A DNA stretch of 63,454 nucleotides, filler included, from Squatina squatina (taxonomy: Eukaryota): assembly GCA_031763465.1 (NCBI GenBank). It is 3 parts of 3 records of this genome, joined end to end, with 100 filler letters (N's around TTAATTAATTAA, not from the genome) between each part and the next. Parts side by side here need not be neighbours in the genome. Positions count along the whole stretch, not along the records: positions 1 to 17,124 come from JARFOE010000073.1; positions 17,225 to 39,196 come from JARFOE010000013.1; 1 more part is not named here. One strand, written 5' to 3'. Under the pieces are notes generated by a model. That model did no database searches. It saw nothing but the letters and a program-made list of their open reading frames with translations, and was not told the DNA's origin. Shown here piece by piece: positions 12,943 through 24,019 of the stretch; positions within the stretch are counted from its first letter, which is position 1, and the number at the start of each line of letters is the position of its first letter. The position numbers and the translations under genes were made by a program.

Positions 12943-15718
12943 TAGAGAGCAGCAGTTTACAGAGCGGCGGTTTCCAGTGCAGGATTTTAGAGTACGACAG
13001 TTTACAGAGCGTGAGTTTACAGGTCGGCAGTTTTCAGAGCGACAGTTTGCAGAGCAGCAGTTTACAGAGCGACCGTTTACAGAGCAACAGCTTACAGAGC
13101 GGGAACTTACAGAGCGACAGTTTACAGTTCAGCAGCTTACAGAGCAGGAGTTTACAGAGCGGGTGTTTACAGTTCGGCAGTTTACAGCGCAGCGGTTTAC
13201 AGAGCGGTGGTTTGCAGAGAGGCGGTTTGCAGAGCGGGAGTTTACAGGTAGGTAGTTTACATAGCGGGAGTTTACAGAGTGGCGGTTTGCAGAGCAGGAA
13301 TGTATAGCGCGTGAGTTTACAGAGCGACAATTTGCAGAGCGAGAATCTACAGCGCAACAGCTTACAGAGCGACAGTTTACAGTTCAGCAGTTTACAGAGC
13401 ACGATTTTACAGCTCGGTGGTTCACAGAGCGACAGTTTACAGGTCAGCAGTTTACAGAGCGGGTGTTTACAGTGCGGGTGTTTACAGTGCGGCAGTTCAC
13501 AGAGCGGGAGTTTACAGGTCGGCGGTTTACAGTGCGGCGGTTCGTAGAGCGGGATTTACAGGTCGGCGGTTTACAGAGCGGGAGTTTAGAGTGCGACAGT
13601 TTACAGAGCAGCAGTTTACAGTGCGGCAGTTTACAGAGCGGGAGTTTACAGAGCGGGAGTTTAGACTGCAACAGTTTACACAGCAGCAGTTTACAGAACG
13701 GGGGTTTACAGAGCAGGAGTTTAGAGTGTGACAGTTTACAGAGCAGCAGTTTACAAAGCGGCGGTTTACAGAGCAGGACTTTAGAGTGCGACAGTTTACA
13801 GAGCAATAGTTTACAGAGCAGCAGTTTACAGAGCGGGAGTTTACAGGTCGGCAGTTTTCAGAGCGACAGTTTGCAGAGCAGCAGTTTACAGAGGTACAGT
13901 TTACAGAGCAACAGCTTACAGAATAGGAATTTACAAAGCGGGAGTTTATGGAGCGGGAGCTTACAGAGCAACTGTTTACAAAGCGACCATTTACAGAGCA
14001 GGAGTTTACAGAACGTGTGATTAAAGAGCAGGTGTTTATAGGTAGGCAGTTTACATAGCGGGAGTTTACAGAGCGAGAGTTTACAGAGTGGGTGTTTACA
14101 GAGCAGGAATGTACAGAGCGACCGTTTACAGAGCGACCGTTTACAGAGCGTGAGATTACAGAGTGACACAATGCAGAGCGGCAATTTAAGGCGCAATAGC
14201 TTACAGAGCGGGAACTTACAGAGCGACAGTTTACAGTTCAGCAGTTTACAGAGCGGGAGTTTACAGAGCGGGTGTTTACAGAGCGGGTGTTTATAGGTAG
14301 GCAGTTTACATTGCGGGAGTTTACAGAGTGGGTGTTTACAGAGCAGGAATGTACAGAGCGGGAATTTACAGAGCGACAGTTTACAGAGCTGGAATTTATA
14401 AAGCGGGAGTTTAGAGCGAGGGAGTTTACAGAGCGGGGGTTTACAGAGCGGCAGTTTAGAGTGCGGCAGTTTACAGAGTGGCAGTTTACAGAGCGGGCGT
14501 TTACAGAGCGGCGGTTTACAGAGCGGGAGTTTAGACTGCAACAGTTTAGAGAGCAGCAGTTTACAGAACGGCAGTTTACAGAGCAGCAGTTTGCAGAGCG
14601 GCGGTTTACAGAGCAGGAGTTTAGAGTGCGACAGTTTACAGAGCAGCAGTTTGCACAGCGTGAGTTTACAGGTCGGCAGTTTTCAGAGCGACAGTTTACA
14701 GAGGTACAGTTTACAGAGCGACAGCTTACAGAATGGGAATTTACAGAACGGGAGTTTACAGAGCAGGAGTTTACAGTGCACGACTTTACAGAGCAACTGT
14801 TTAAAAAGTGACCATTTACAGAGCAGGAGTTTACAGAGTGAAACTTTGCAGTGCAAACATTTACAGGGCAAACATTTACAGAGCGATGGTTTAGAGCGGG
14901 AGTTTACAGAGCGACAATTTACAGCGCAACAGCTTAAAGAGCAGGAATTTACAGAGCGACAGTTTACAGTTCAGCAGTTTACAGAGCGGCGGTTTACAGA
15001 GCGGTGGTTTGCAGAGTTGGAGTTTACAGTGCCGGTGTTTATATATTCGGCAGTTTACATAGCGGGAGTTTACAGAGTGGGAGTTTACAGAGCGGGCGTT
15101 TACAGAGCAGGAATGTACAGAGCATGAGTTTACAGGTCGGCGGTTTACAGAGCTGGAGTTTACAGAGCTGCGGTTTACAGAGCTGGAGTTTAGAGTGTGA
15201 CAGTTTACAGAGCATCAGTTTACAGAGCGGTTGTTTACAGAGCAGGATTTTAGAGTGCGACAGTTTACAGAGCAGCAGTTTACAGAGCGTGACTTTACAG
15301 GAGGTAGTTTACAGGTCGGCAGTTTTCAGAACGACAGTTTGCAGAGCAGCAGTTTACAGAGGTAAGGTTACAGAGTGACCGTTTACAGAGTGACCGTTTA
15401 CAGATCGTGAGATTACAGAGTGACATTTTGCAGAGCAACAATTTACAGCGCAACAGCTTACAGAGCGGGAACTTACAGAGCGACAGTTTACAGTTCAGCA
15501 GCTTACAGAGTGGGAGTTCACAGAGCGGGTGTTTACAGAGCGACAGTTTACAGTTCAGCAGTTTGCAGAGCGGCGGTTTGCAGAGCGGAGGTTTACAGGT
15601 AGGCAGTTTACATACCGGGAGTTTACAGAGCGGGAGTTTACAGAGCGGGAGTTTACAGAGCGGGAGTTTACAGAGCGGGAGTTTACAGAGCGGGAGTTTA
15701 CAGAGTGACAATTTACAG
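12943..15718. repeat. 15-bp minisatellite (consensus AGTTTACAGAGCGGG), about 185 units, with higher-order structure
   Basis: Near-invariant TTTACAG core every 15 nt across the whole contig. It generates the SLQSG, FTERQ and CKLPL ORFs in the ORF track. Confidence 0.97.
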
Positions 15719-15818
15719 NNNNNNNNNNNNNNNNNNNNNNNNNNNNNNNNNNNNNNNNNNNNNNNNNNNNNNNNNNNNNNNNNNNNNNNNNNNNNNNNNN
15801 NNNNNNNNNNNNNNNNNN

Positions 15819-16567
15819 GTGCTTGAAGCTCTATGGAGGTGGCCACTCTCTCCATGGCATTCTTGCAATCATCTGCATCACCAGTGATTGAGTTGGACAC
15901 CTCCATCCTCTCCGCTATTGTGGTGAGTCTGCGTGGCACATCTGTCAGTACCTGGCTAAGTTGCTGATGCACCTCCAGCATTCTCTTTCTCAACAATAGC
16001 CCCTGGGGTTCAGCATTCATGTCCAGCTGAGCAGAGCTTGGAGAGGATTGCAGCTGCCGTGGACTCTCCACAGCTTTTCCTGACACCAGTGTCTGCTTGT
16101 GATCACTTGCGAATTGTGAATCACCAGGTGAAAACCCAACTAACTGTCTAAGTGGACCCACCGAAGTGCTAGTACTTGCATTGGTGAATGGCTGCACGTC
16201 GTGTGACGGTGCACCAGAAGGAATGAGGTCCTCTGAGGAATTTTCCTCATGCATGTCCAACAACATTTGCTTTACCCATGAAGGCCCTGGAAGACAAAAG
16301 AAAGGGATATGAATTAGCCTTGGCAAAGTTACTATCTTGACAATTACCACATTCCGTCTTCTCACAGTTTAGTCATTGATGATTTAAAGTCAGCAAATGT
16401 CAGACTATTAGTGGTTCTGTCACCACCTATCGGCGATTCCCCAGCACCCCCATTCCCGATTGAGAGGGACAGAGATGTGCCACTTATTTCCATGACATTC
16501 TGCTCTGCATCTGTGAGCTGGACTATTTGCTCTCGAGTTCTCTCTCCCTCATGTTTTGCGCTTCCTT
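15819..16567 (-). mobile_element. Harbinger/PIF transposon Myb/SANT-like accessory gene, downstream exons (16424-16567 and 15819-16286)
   Basis: The exon ...QIVQLTDAEQNVMEISGTSLSLSIGNGG is homologous to the + copy at 20644-20802, with the same GTGACA donor. The next exon, GPSWVKQ...MERVATSIELQA, is open up to the gap. Confidence 0.75.
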
Positions 16568-17168
16568 CTACAAGGGGCGAAGAAACAGACCTGTGCTTGA
16601 CTGAATATGTGGTATTCACCCGATGGATACAGTACATTTGGTGAGGGTGACTATGAGATAAATGCATCACACTGCATGAGGACTAGGGTGAGTAGCAATG
16701 GTGGCTGGATAAATGGGGAAGTGAATAAGTTAATAAATAGAGTTGCGATCGAGTCATGCAGGTGCATAACACACCTGCTGCATAACTTGGAGATGCACAA
16801 CCGGAAAGTCAACAATTATTACCTAAATCAAGCTGAAATAGAAGAATCTGATGCGCTTGACTTGACTTACAGGTTTCTCCCACACCCCCGCTTGGAGGCC
16901 ACCTTCACATTAATATCGGGGCATTACTGTTTTGTTTTCCTTCTTCACATTCCTTCGCAGCCCATTCTGAAACCAAACTTCCTGGATGGCCACCCTAGTG
17001 ACACGGAGTGTGTTAATCTCAGAGTGTGTGACTACGAATTAATGCAGGAAATATACTTATTCAGGCTGGTTTAGAGGGGACCTTGATGCATTCTGTATTT
17101 CATTTCTGTATGTAGTTTTGTAATNNNNNNNNNNNNNNNNNNNNNNNNNNNNNNNNNNNNNNNNNNNN

Positions 17169-17180
17169 TTAATTAATTAA
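17169..17180. other. Synthetic contig-joining linker (44 N + TTAATTAATTAA + 44 N)
   Basis: Palindromic all-six-frame stop sequence centred in an exactly 100-nt spacer. Identical construct at 39241. Confidence 0.95.
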
Positions 17181-17224
17181 NNNNNNNNNNNNNNNNNNNN
17201 NNNNNNNNNNNNNNNNNNNNNNNN

Positions 17225-17312
17225 GGTCATCGACCCGAAACCTTAACTGTTTTAATCTCCACAGATGCTGCCTGACCTGCTGAGTTTTTCCAGCATTTTT
17301 TGTTTATATTCA
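17225..17312 (+). mobile_element. Penelope-like element terminal repeat (3' part) with half of a hammerhead motif
   Basis: ggtcatcgacccgaaac...cacagatgctgcctgacctgctgagtttttccagcatttt is near-identical to 19944-20030. Confidence 0.75.
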
Positions 17313-18468
17313 TCAGTTCTTAGTTGGGTTCCTAGTTTACAGGCTATGGTGCAACAAAGAATCAAACATATCTTGATCTCCGACCGAGGACTCCCACCAG
17401 TTGTTAGCCAATCATAAATTGACATTGATAGAGGTCACTAAGACATTTTTCTGATTTAGTTTATGGCAACCTTCTGTCTGATAGGGAAAAATAAAATGGA
17501 AAATGGAAAGCACAGATCTCTTTGTAGGTTATGTTTAGGACATCTCTAAAAACTATTCTGCTGCATTAAGAAATTGATGACAGGGTAGCGTCATTAGATG
17601 ATGCTTATATATTATTAATTTCATGAATAGGCTATATGGGATTACTGGAAGTGGATAGACAGTTTCTCATGAAGCCATACATATTAGAGTAGGAACAATG
17701 ATCATATGGTTTATGGAAAAGGGATGGATAATAATTTATAGAGTTGAGAATACGTAACATTGTAATGTGAAATGTCCTGTATTTTAAGGCTTTCCCTCAT
17801 TCATTTTGTGAAAAATATGGGAAGTATGTAAAGATTGCAGATGAATTTATATTTTATTTTACTAATTTATTAAAAATACAAATAAATATGTAAAGCATTT
17901 AAACAAACAAACACATTTGAAAAGATTCTGTGATAAAAGTGGGACAGCAACAAATGGGTTAAAGAATTCTGATCTACTAGATAGATCCGGTAGCTTTGTG
18001 ACCTGAATTCTGAATAGTAGCTTTAACAGCTTACAGAATTAGGCTGTCATCTGGGCTGTGATAAGCTGTGAAAGAGATTGTTGCTTTTGGAGAGGGGATT
18101 GCTTTGTAATCAAGTGCATATGCGTGTCATTCTTTACTAACAAGATACCAATTATTCAGNNNNNNNNNNTCCTGCTTCTGTGTTGTGTGAGTAAAAAATG
18201 AAATGAAAGTCATTCAAAGAAATTCAGACAATAGATTTGGGTTTTGGTGGTGGTTAGTTGTGAATCAGGAAGCATGGTGCATAAATAAATTGAATTGCAA
18301 ATAACTACTATAAAAACACTGCCTCCACCAAACCATCAGTGACTCAGACACACACATAACACGCCTACACAATGCAATCATCTTATTATGTAACCATCAG
18401 CATTACTAGATCATCATTGATCAGATTAATAAATGCCCCATTATTAGATAACCATGGATCAGATCTAT

Positions 18469-18615
18469 ACATAGAAACATAGGAATAGGAGTAGGCCAAT
18501 TAGCTCGTCGAGCCTGTTCTGCCATTCAATGAGATCATGGCTGATCTGCGACCTAGCTCCATATACTCGCCTTTGCCCCATATCCCTTAATATCTTTGGT
18601 TAACAGAAATCTATC
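18469..18615 (-). mobile_element. CR1 LINE 3' end
   Basis: acatagaaacatagga...gtaggcc...gccattcaatgagatcatggctgatc is the reverse complement of a CR1 3' UTR with its TTCTATGT tail repeat. Confidence 0.85.
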
Positions 18616-18715
18616 NNNNNNNNNNNNNNNNNNNNNNNNNNNNNNNNNNNNNNNNNNNNNNNNNNNNNNNNNNNNNNNNNNNNNNNNNNNNNNNNNNNNN
18701 NNNNNNNNNNNNNNN

Positions 18716-19135
18716 GAATCACAGAGCAATACAATGGAGCCCAATCTGACTGCTCTCACTTGCGCTGCATTATCTGAGGTGAGGCCCATGTCACCGCTGA
18801 AAAAAGCAGGCATTGTCACTGCTGGATTTTCACTGACACTGTACAATTTCGGATGGGCGGCCATTTTGGATGGCACGGGCACTTATGATGTCACTGCACC
18901 ACGATTACGCTACAGCCAGCACTTCGAGCTTTATGGGCCTTGCGCTCGTTTTGCGCCGATGCAAATGGGAGGCGAATTTTGCGCCCACATTTTCGCGCCT
19001 AAAGTGCCTTTACGCCAGTTTTGTGCCAATTTCGCGCTAGAAGTTTTACCTCAAATTGGGCGCCCCTGAACTTTGCGCAGCCCAATTTGGTCCCCAGTGC
19101 CAGAAACTTAGGAAAGCCGAATTGTGCATCCAATA
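18716..19135. mobile_element. CpG-rich end of a DNA transposon/MITE with ttttgcgcc subterminal repeats
   Basis: Several tttt(g)cgc(g)cc motifs clustered before a gaatt...cc terminus. The CpG richness is unusual for this window. Confidence 0.5.
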
Positions 19136-19736
19136 TTTTTTAATTTTCTTGTGGATACAATCCTAAGTCATTTAGCACCATTTTTTTTAAAGGACTACTT
19201 AATTCTACATTCACAACTATTTTTAGTACTGCAATTTTGCTAATTTACAGAGAAAGTTCATAATTGTTGCATGATGTGTCTGTCGAATATAAAGCTCAGC
19301 TGGTTCAGTTACCACATTTCTTTTACTGTCGGTTTTATTACCAAGGCAACTTAGTTATAAAGGATTTTATAGCTTTGAGACGCTGTTACTGCCTTTGAGA
19401 ATCAATACAAGCCCTTTGTCGTGGATCATGTTCAGGTATTTTGAAAAGAGACTTTTACTTCTAATAAACCCTTCTCGCACACAGTCCAGCTATCTAACAT
19501 ATCAGATTACAGCCACTTTGTATTAGAACTCAACAAAATACAGATTTACCTATCGTTAGCCAACTAAAGTGAGATCCGTTCTCCAGCCACTTAACTGATT
19601 TAAGCTTCAAAGTGGTGTCACTGTATTGAGAACAAANNNNNNNNNNNNNNNNNNNNNNNNNNNNNNNNNNNNNNNNNNNNNNNNNNNNNNNNNNNNNNNN
19701 NNNNNNNNNNNNNNNNNNNNNNNNNNNNNNNNNNNN

Positions 19737-20062
19737 CCCCGTTTACACCCTATCTAGATGTAATGTGTTTCTTAAAGTAACCATCACCACCTCTGATAGC
19801 CTTGCATCATCTCTTGATCTCTTCGGCCTTCCACCCAATCACTGATCTTTCTCTTTGTTCTTTCCTCCCACTCCCCTCTTTCCCTGCCCCTGCAGGTGTT
19901 TGAAAACATCCTGCATTTCTGACTTTATTCAGTTCTGACGAAGGGTCATCGACCCAAAATGCTCACTCTGTTTGTCTCTCCACAGATGCTGCCTGACCTG
20001 CTGAGTTTTTCTAGCATTTTTTGTTTATATTCTAGATTCCAGCATTCGCAGTATTTTACTTT
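19737..20062 (+). mobile_element. Penelope-like element 3' region/pseudo-LTR
   Basis: Pyrimidine-rich tract, then ctgacgaagggtcatcgaccc and the cacagatgctgcctgacctgctgag...ccagcattcgcagtatttt tail. Its endonuclease-coding counterpart is at 57471. Confidence 0.75.
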
Positions 20063-20115
20063 TATATTAATGTAGAAATGGAATTTGGAGAAACCAGAAG
20101 GTGTTGGGGGTAGAT

Positions 20116-20802
20116 GCGCAGAGAGCAAACGCAGCACCCAGATGTAATGATGCTTCCCTGGAATTCTTCCTGGATGCAGTCAGGAGGAGGAGGGACATAC
20201 GTTTCCCCAGCAATGTGAGGAAGAAACCTCTTACCAAGAAGATGGGATTAGAGGTAGCTGAGGAGGGGAGCATTGTGTCCAGGTCTTGGATGCAGTGCCA
20301 GAAGTGATTTAATGATCTACCAGATCAGGAAAAGTGAGTAGATTTGTTAATTCACCTTACCCGCACCGCCACCACTGCGCCAACTCCCCCCCTCCCCTCC
20401 ACCTTTTCACTCTGTCTTGCCAAGCTTACGCCATCACACCCACTCAAATTTCAGCAACACCCAGCCTTCACCTTCTATGCAATTTATCACTTCCCCATTT
20501 ATCCATCCACCATTGCCACTCACCTCAATCCCTATACAATGTGCTACATCTGTCTCATAGTCACCCTCACTGAATGCACTGCATCCATCAGGTGAATACA
20601 TGAGCTTCACTCACTCACAGCTCTGTTTTATCACCCCTTGTAGGAGAAGAGAGCGCAAAATGCAAGGGATAGGGAGTGAACGGGACGTGGGCTACCACAA
20701 ATAGTCCAGCTCACAGATGCAGAGGAGGAGCCCTGGAGATAAGAGGCACATCTGCATCCCTCTCAATTGGAGAGAGAGAGACAGGGAACTCACAGATTGC
20801 TG
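20116..20802 (+). mobile_element. Harbinger/PIF Myb/SANT-like gene, pseudogenised (exons ~20116-20333 and 20644-20802)
   Basis: RANAAPRCNDASLEFFLDAVRRRRDIRFPS...LEVAEEGSIVSRSWMQCQK*FNDL is an MSANTD/NAIF1-like SANT domain. GTGAGT donor at 20334 and TAG acceptor at 20641-20643. In-frame stops and frameshifts are present. Confidence 0.8.
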
Positions 20803-22344
20803 GTGACAGTATTATAAGTAACTCTGACACATATATTCTGACATTATTTTATCATTGACTGAACTATGAGCAGACTGAATATNNNNNNNNNNNNNNNNNN
20901 NNNNNNNNNNNNNNNNNNNNNNNNNNNNNNNNNNNNNNNNNNNNNNNNNNNNNNNNNNNNNNNNNNNNNNNNNNNNNNNNNNTCAAAATAGGACAGGCAG
21001 GAATGCCCTATCAACACATTATTGGTAAATTATTAGTGAAAACAGTCATTTGTGGGATGTATTTGTAATGATCAACCTCGTTTACAAAGTGGAATACCAA
21101 AAGGACCTGACAGGCAGCAACAATTCATCCTCAATGCTTTCTCGCCAATGAAACTTTATTCAATAACCTGTATCCTGTATAGATGGCTGAAGGAATATCC
21201 CTGTCAATGTTCTTTGATATGTAAAGATAATGAAATTCTACTTGCATCATGTGGAGAAAATGGCTTTGAGAATCACGGCCGACCTGTAGTGTGCCAAGGT
21301 TCGTGTCTCCGGTTTTATTGAATTCAACCCTAATTGGGCAATTCTTCATTTTGGGAGGTAATTACTGGACTTAATTCTAAAATTAGTGTGCTTAAGTTTG
21401 CACCATTCATTCATTTTTTTAAAACTGGTGACCAGATTCAGGTAGTGCAAAAATATTTGACATTTGGAGTTTAAATCCAAGTCTGAAATCCTATTCTCCA
21501 TAGAAAAAAATGTGAGCAGTCCTTGCTAACAGCAGGAAGAGAGAGGTAATGACACCTTCAGACCTACAAGCTAGGAATGATAGAATGCCAGAGAAGATCA
21601 AAGCAAGAATGGAGTTGAATGCAGAAGAAGAGGTTGTGGAGAAGTAAACAAAGCTGATGTTTCTAAATTTATTACCTGCGTAATACTGCACCATTGCTTC
21701 ATGGGTAATATCTATATCAAAAGCTTAGTCTCTCACAGTGTTATACAGCGACCATATAGAATTGATTCAGAAAAACTCCCAAGAGGTTGGATCGTCTGAC
21801 AAGTGTCCCTGAAACATATTTCAAATTGCCAATCAACATTCTGTGGCTGCCCTGGGCAACTGAGCAATAAAGGCTTTCCTTGCTTGAATAAGACACGGAA
21901 AACACTGGTGACTATTGAAGGCAGTTTTACCCAGTTATTCCCCTGAATGTGAACCACAGTGTGCTTCAAAGGTTGTATATCTAAAAGACTCATATGGTCA
22001 GACAATTGAACAGGTACATGCCTGGACTATGTGGGAATAACTTTGTAGCCAGATGATTGGCATCTAGTAAATTACCTTTCTCGAATACCATATATGAACA
22101 CATTGCTTTGCAAACAAACAGTTAGGGAAAGCATTGATTTTCAGCTCTCTCCCACTTGAATGGTTTTGTACTCATTTCAGAGCATTTAGGGAGTGATAGC
22201 TGGACTGCTGTTCATTAAAGCACTTCAAATAGTTAAGTTGTTGCAAGTGCATATACTTACACAGTAGCGATTTGGGTAAAAATAAGCAGAGTGGGCCAGA
22301 AAGGGAGAGAGCTTAATAAAGGTAATAAGGTTAAGATGGCATCC

Positions 22345-22410
22345 GGGAAAGTTAAAGCTGAAGGCACTATCTCTGAATGCATGAAGCATTTGCAACAAAA
22401 TAGATCAATT
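22345..22410 (+). mobile_element. CR1 ORF2 start (AP endonuclease N-terminus), degenerate
   Basis: KLKALSLNA*SICNKIDQ resembles the CR1 consensus LKCLYLNARSIRNKxxEL. Confidence 0.65.
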
Positions 22411-24019
22411 NNNNNNNNNNNNNNNNNNNNNNNNNNNNNNNNNNNNNNNNNNNNNNNNNNNNNNNNNNNNNNNNNNNNNNNNNNNNNNNNNNNNNNNNNN
22501 NNNNNNNNNNTGGACAAGTTAGATTTGATTTAACAATTATTATAACTTCTGAAAAAGAAAAAAAAACCTTTCACCACTCCCTCCCTCTTTTCCCAAAGAT
22601 GTTGTTTTATTGATAGGATACGGTTTGTTGTGTGAAGGCAACTGTCGAAAATCTGAGCCATTAACTTGTATTTTGTTCCCCTCTACCCTAGCCCAGAAGC
22701 ACTAGGACGTCAGTGATAAACACCAGGTGTAGCTCAGTGACACACCAGGCAATATATTTACTCACTTTATTGCTAGTGCGTCACAAGTCAATGTACATTG
22801 TATTTCTCCCAAGTGCCTCTAAATGAGCAGAAAGAATTGCTGCAGTTGTCTGTTTATCAGGTGAAGTATAGCCAGCTGGTTTCATGTCATTTTATTTCTA
22901 CTTGATACTACCCTCCCATAATCTCAGCCCTTTTTATTTGTGTTCTTTTTTTTGTATCTTTTATGTGCATTCATTTACTAAAAATATTAAATCCTCATGA
23001 TATTGTTAGAAATGTAATTGGCTTAATTTTTATTGCAATTAAGCTTAATTGTCACAGATGCTGACAATTCAATGCAGCTCAATTGTTATTTTGTTGTGCT
23101 GATTATTTATTTTGTTACTTTATTCAATGTTTACAGTTCATTCTGTTCATCCCAAAGATAATTTAGATGCTCATTGCTTTGTTGATTTGTTGATGTTCGT
23201 GTCTACTGTTTGGAGAGTCCTACTTATGATTTGATTCACTTTTAACTGGTTTGCAATTTGTCCAGTCATTATATTTGTCCAGCTAATGTAGCTGAGTTTT
23301 AGATAATTGATTGGATGTTCAAATCTTCAATATCCTGCTATTCTGTAACTTTGTTGACATCCTCAGGCTGTGTGACAGTACTTCCTGATCTAAACAGATG
23401 TCTTAATGCTTTTACCAATGATAAAGATATCCAGGAGAAGCCAAATTATGCTTTATTTGGTCCACCTCCTCCAAGGTGGCACCGACTTAGTCATCCTCCT
23501 TTAATGTAAACACACCTTGTGGGGGGAAATTGTGAAACAGCATTTAGGTTGATTGTACAACAAAGACCATGAACTTAAACTATGGTTGTCGATCATTCCA
23601 GACCCCAGGAACCCACGGTTTGTGCGGAAACGTGTTGTTGGCATCTCTGAACTTCTATGCAAACCACGTTCCATATATTGTGTCGGGGAGTATGTTGGGC
23701 CATATTGCCCCAGTGACCCCTGAGGCTGAACCACCAGGCAGCCCATCTTTTTCCCCGTTGGAGGCTACCCCTGAATCTCACCAGTTCATCTGTCACCTAT
23801 TGAACCAGCCGTACTTTTGGTGTTGGGTTTCACTTTGTTGCAATATTACCAGTAAAANNNNNNNNNNNNNNNNNNNNNNNNNNNNNNNNNNNNNNNNNNN
23901 NNNNNNNNNNNNNNNNNNNNNNNNNNNNNNNNNNNNNNNNNNNNNNNNNNNNNNNNNACAGTCACTAATGGATTGCTCAAGGGTGATTATTTGACTTTTT
24001 TGATGTAATATTGGCTGGA

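Noticed and set aside
13858-14541. Cys/Lys/Leu-rich CKLPL ORFs as keratin-associated or metallothionein-like proteins
   Set aside because: They are the antisense reading of the 15-bp minisatellite, with no start or splice context.
12595-15718. Regularly spaced repeats as a CRISPR array
   Set aside because: The units are head-to-tail with no unique spacers, no cas genes are present and the context is vertebrate.
21490-22060. Purine-rich stretch with peptide-like fragments (YGQTIEQV) faintly like a Zisupton/KDZ transposase
   Set aside because: Plus-strand frames carry multiple stops and no convincing motif.
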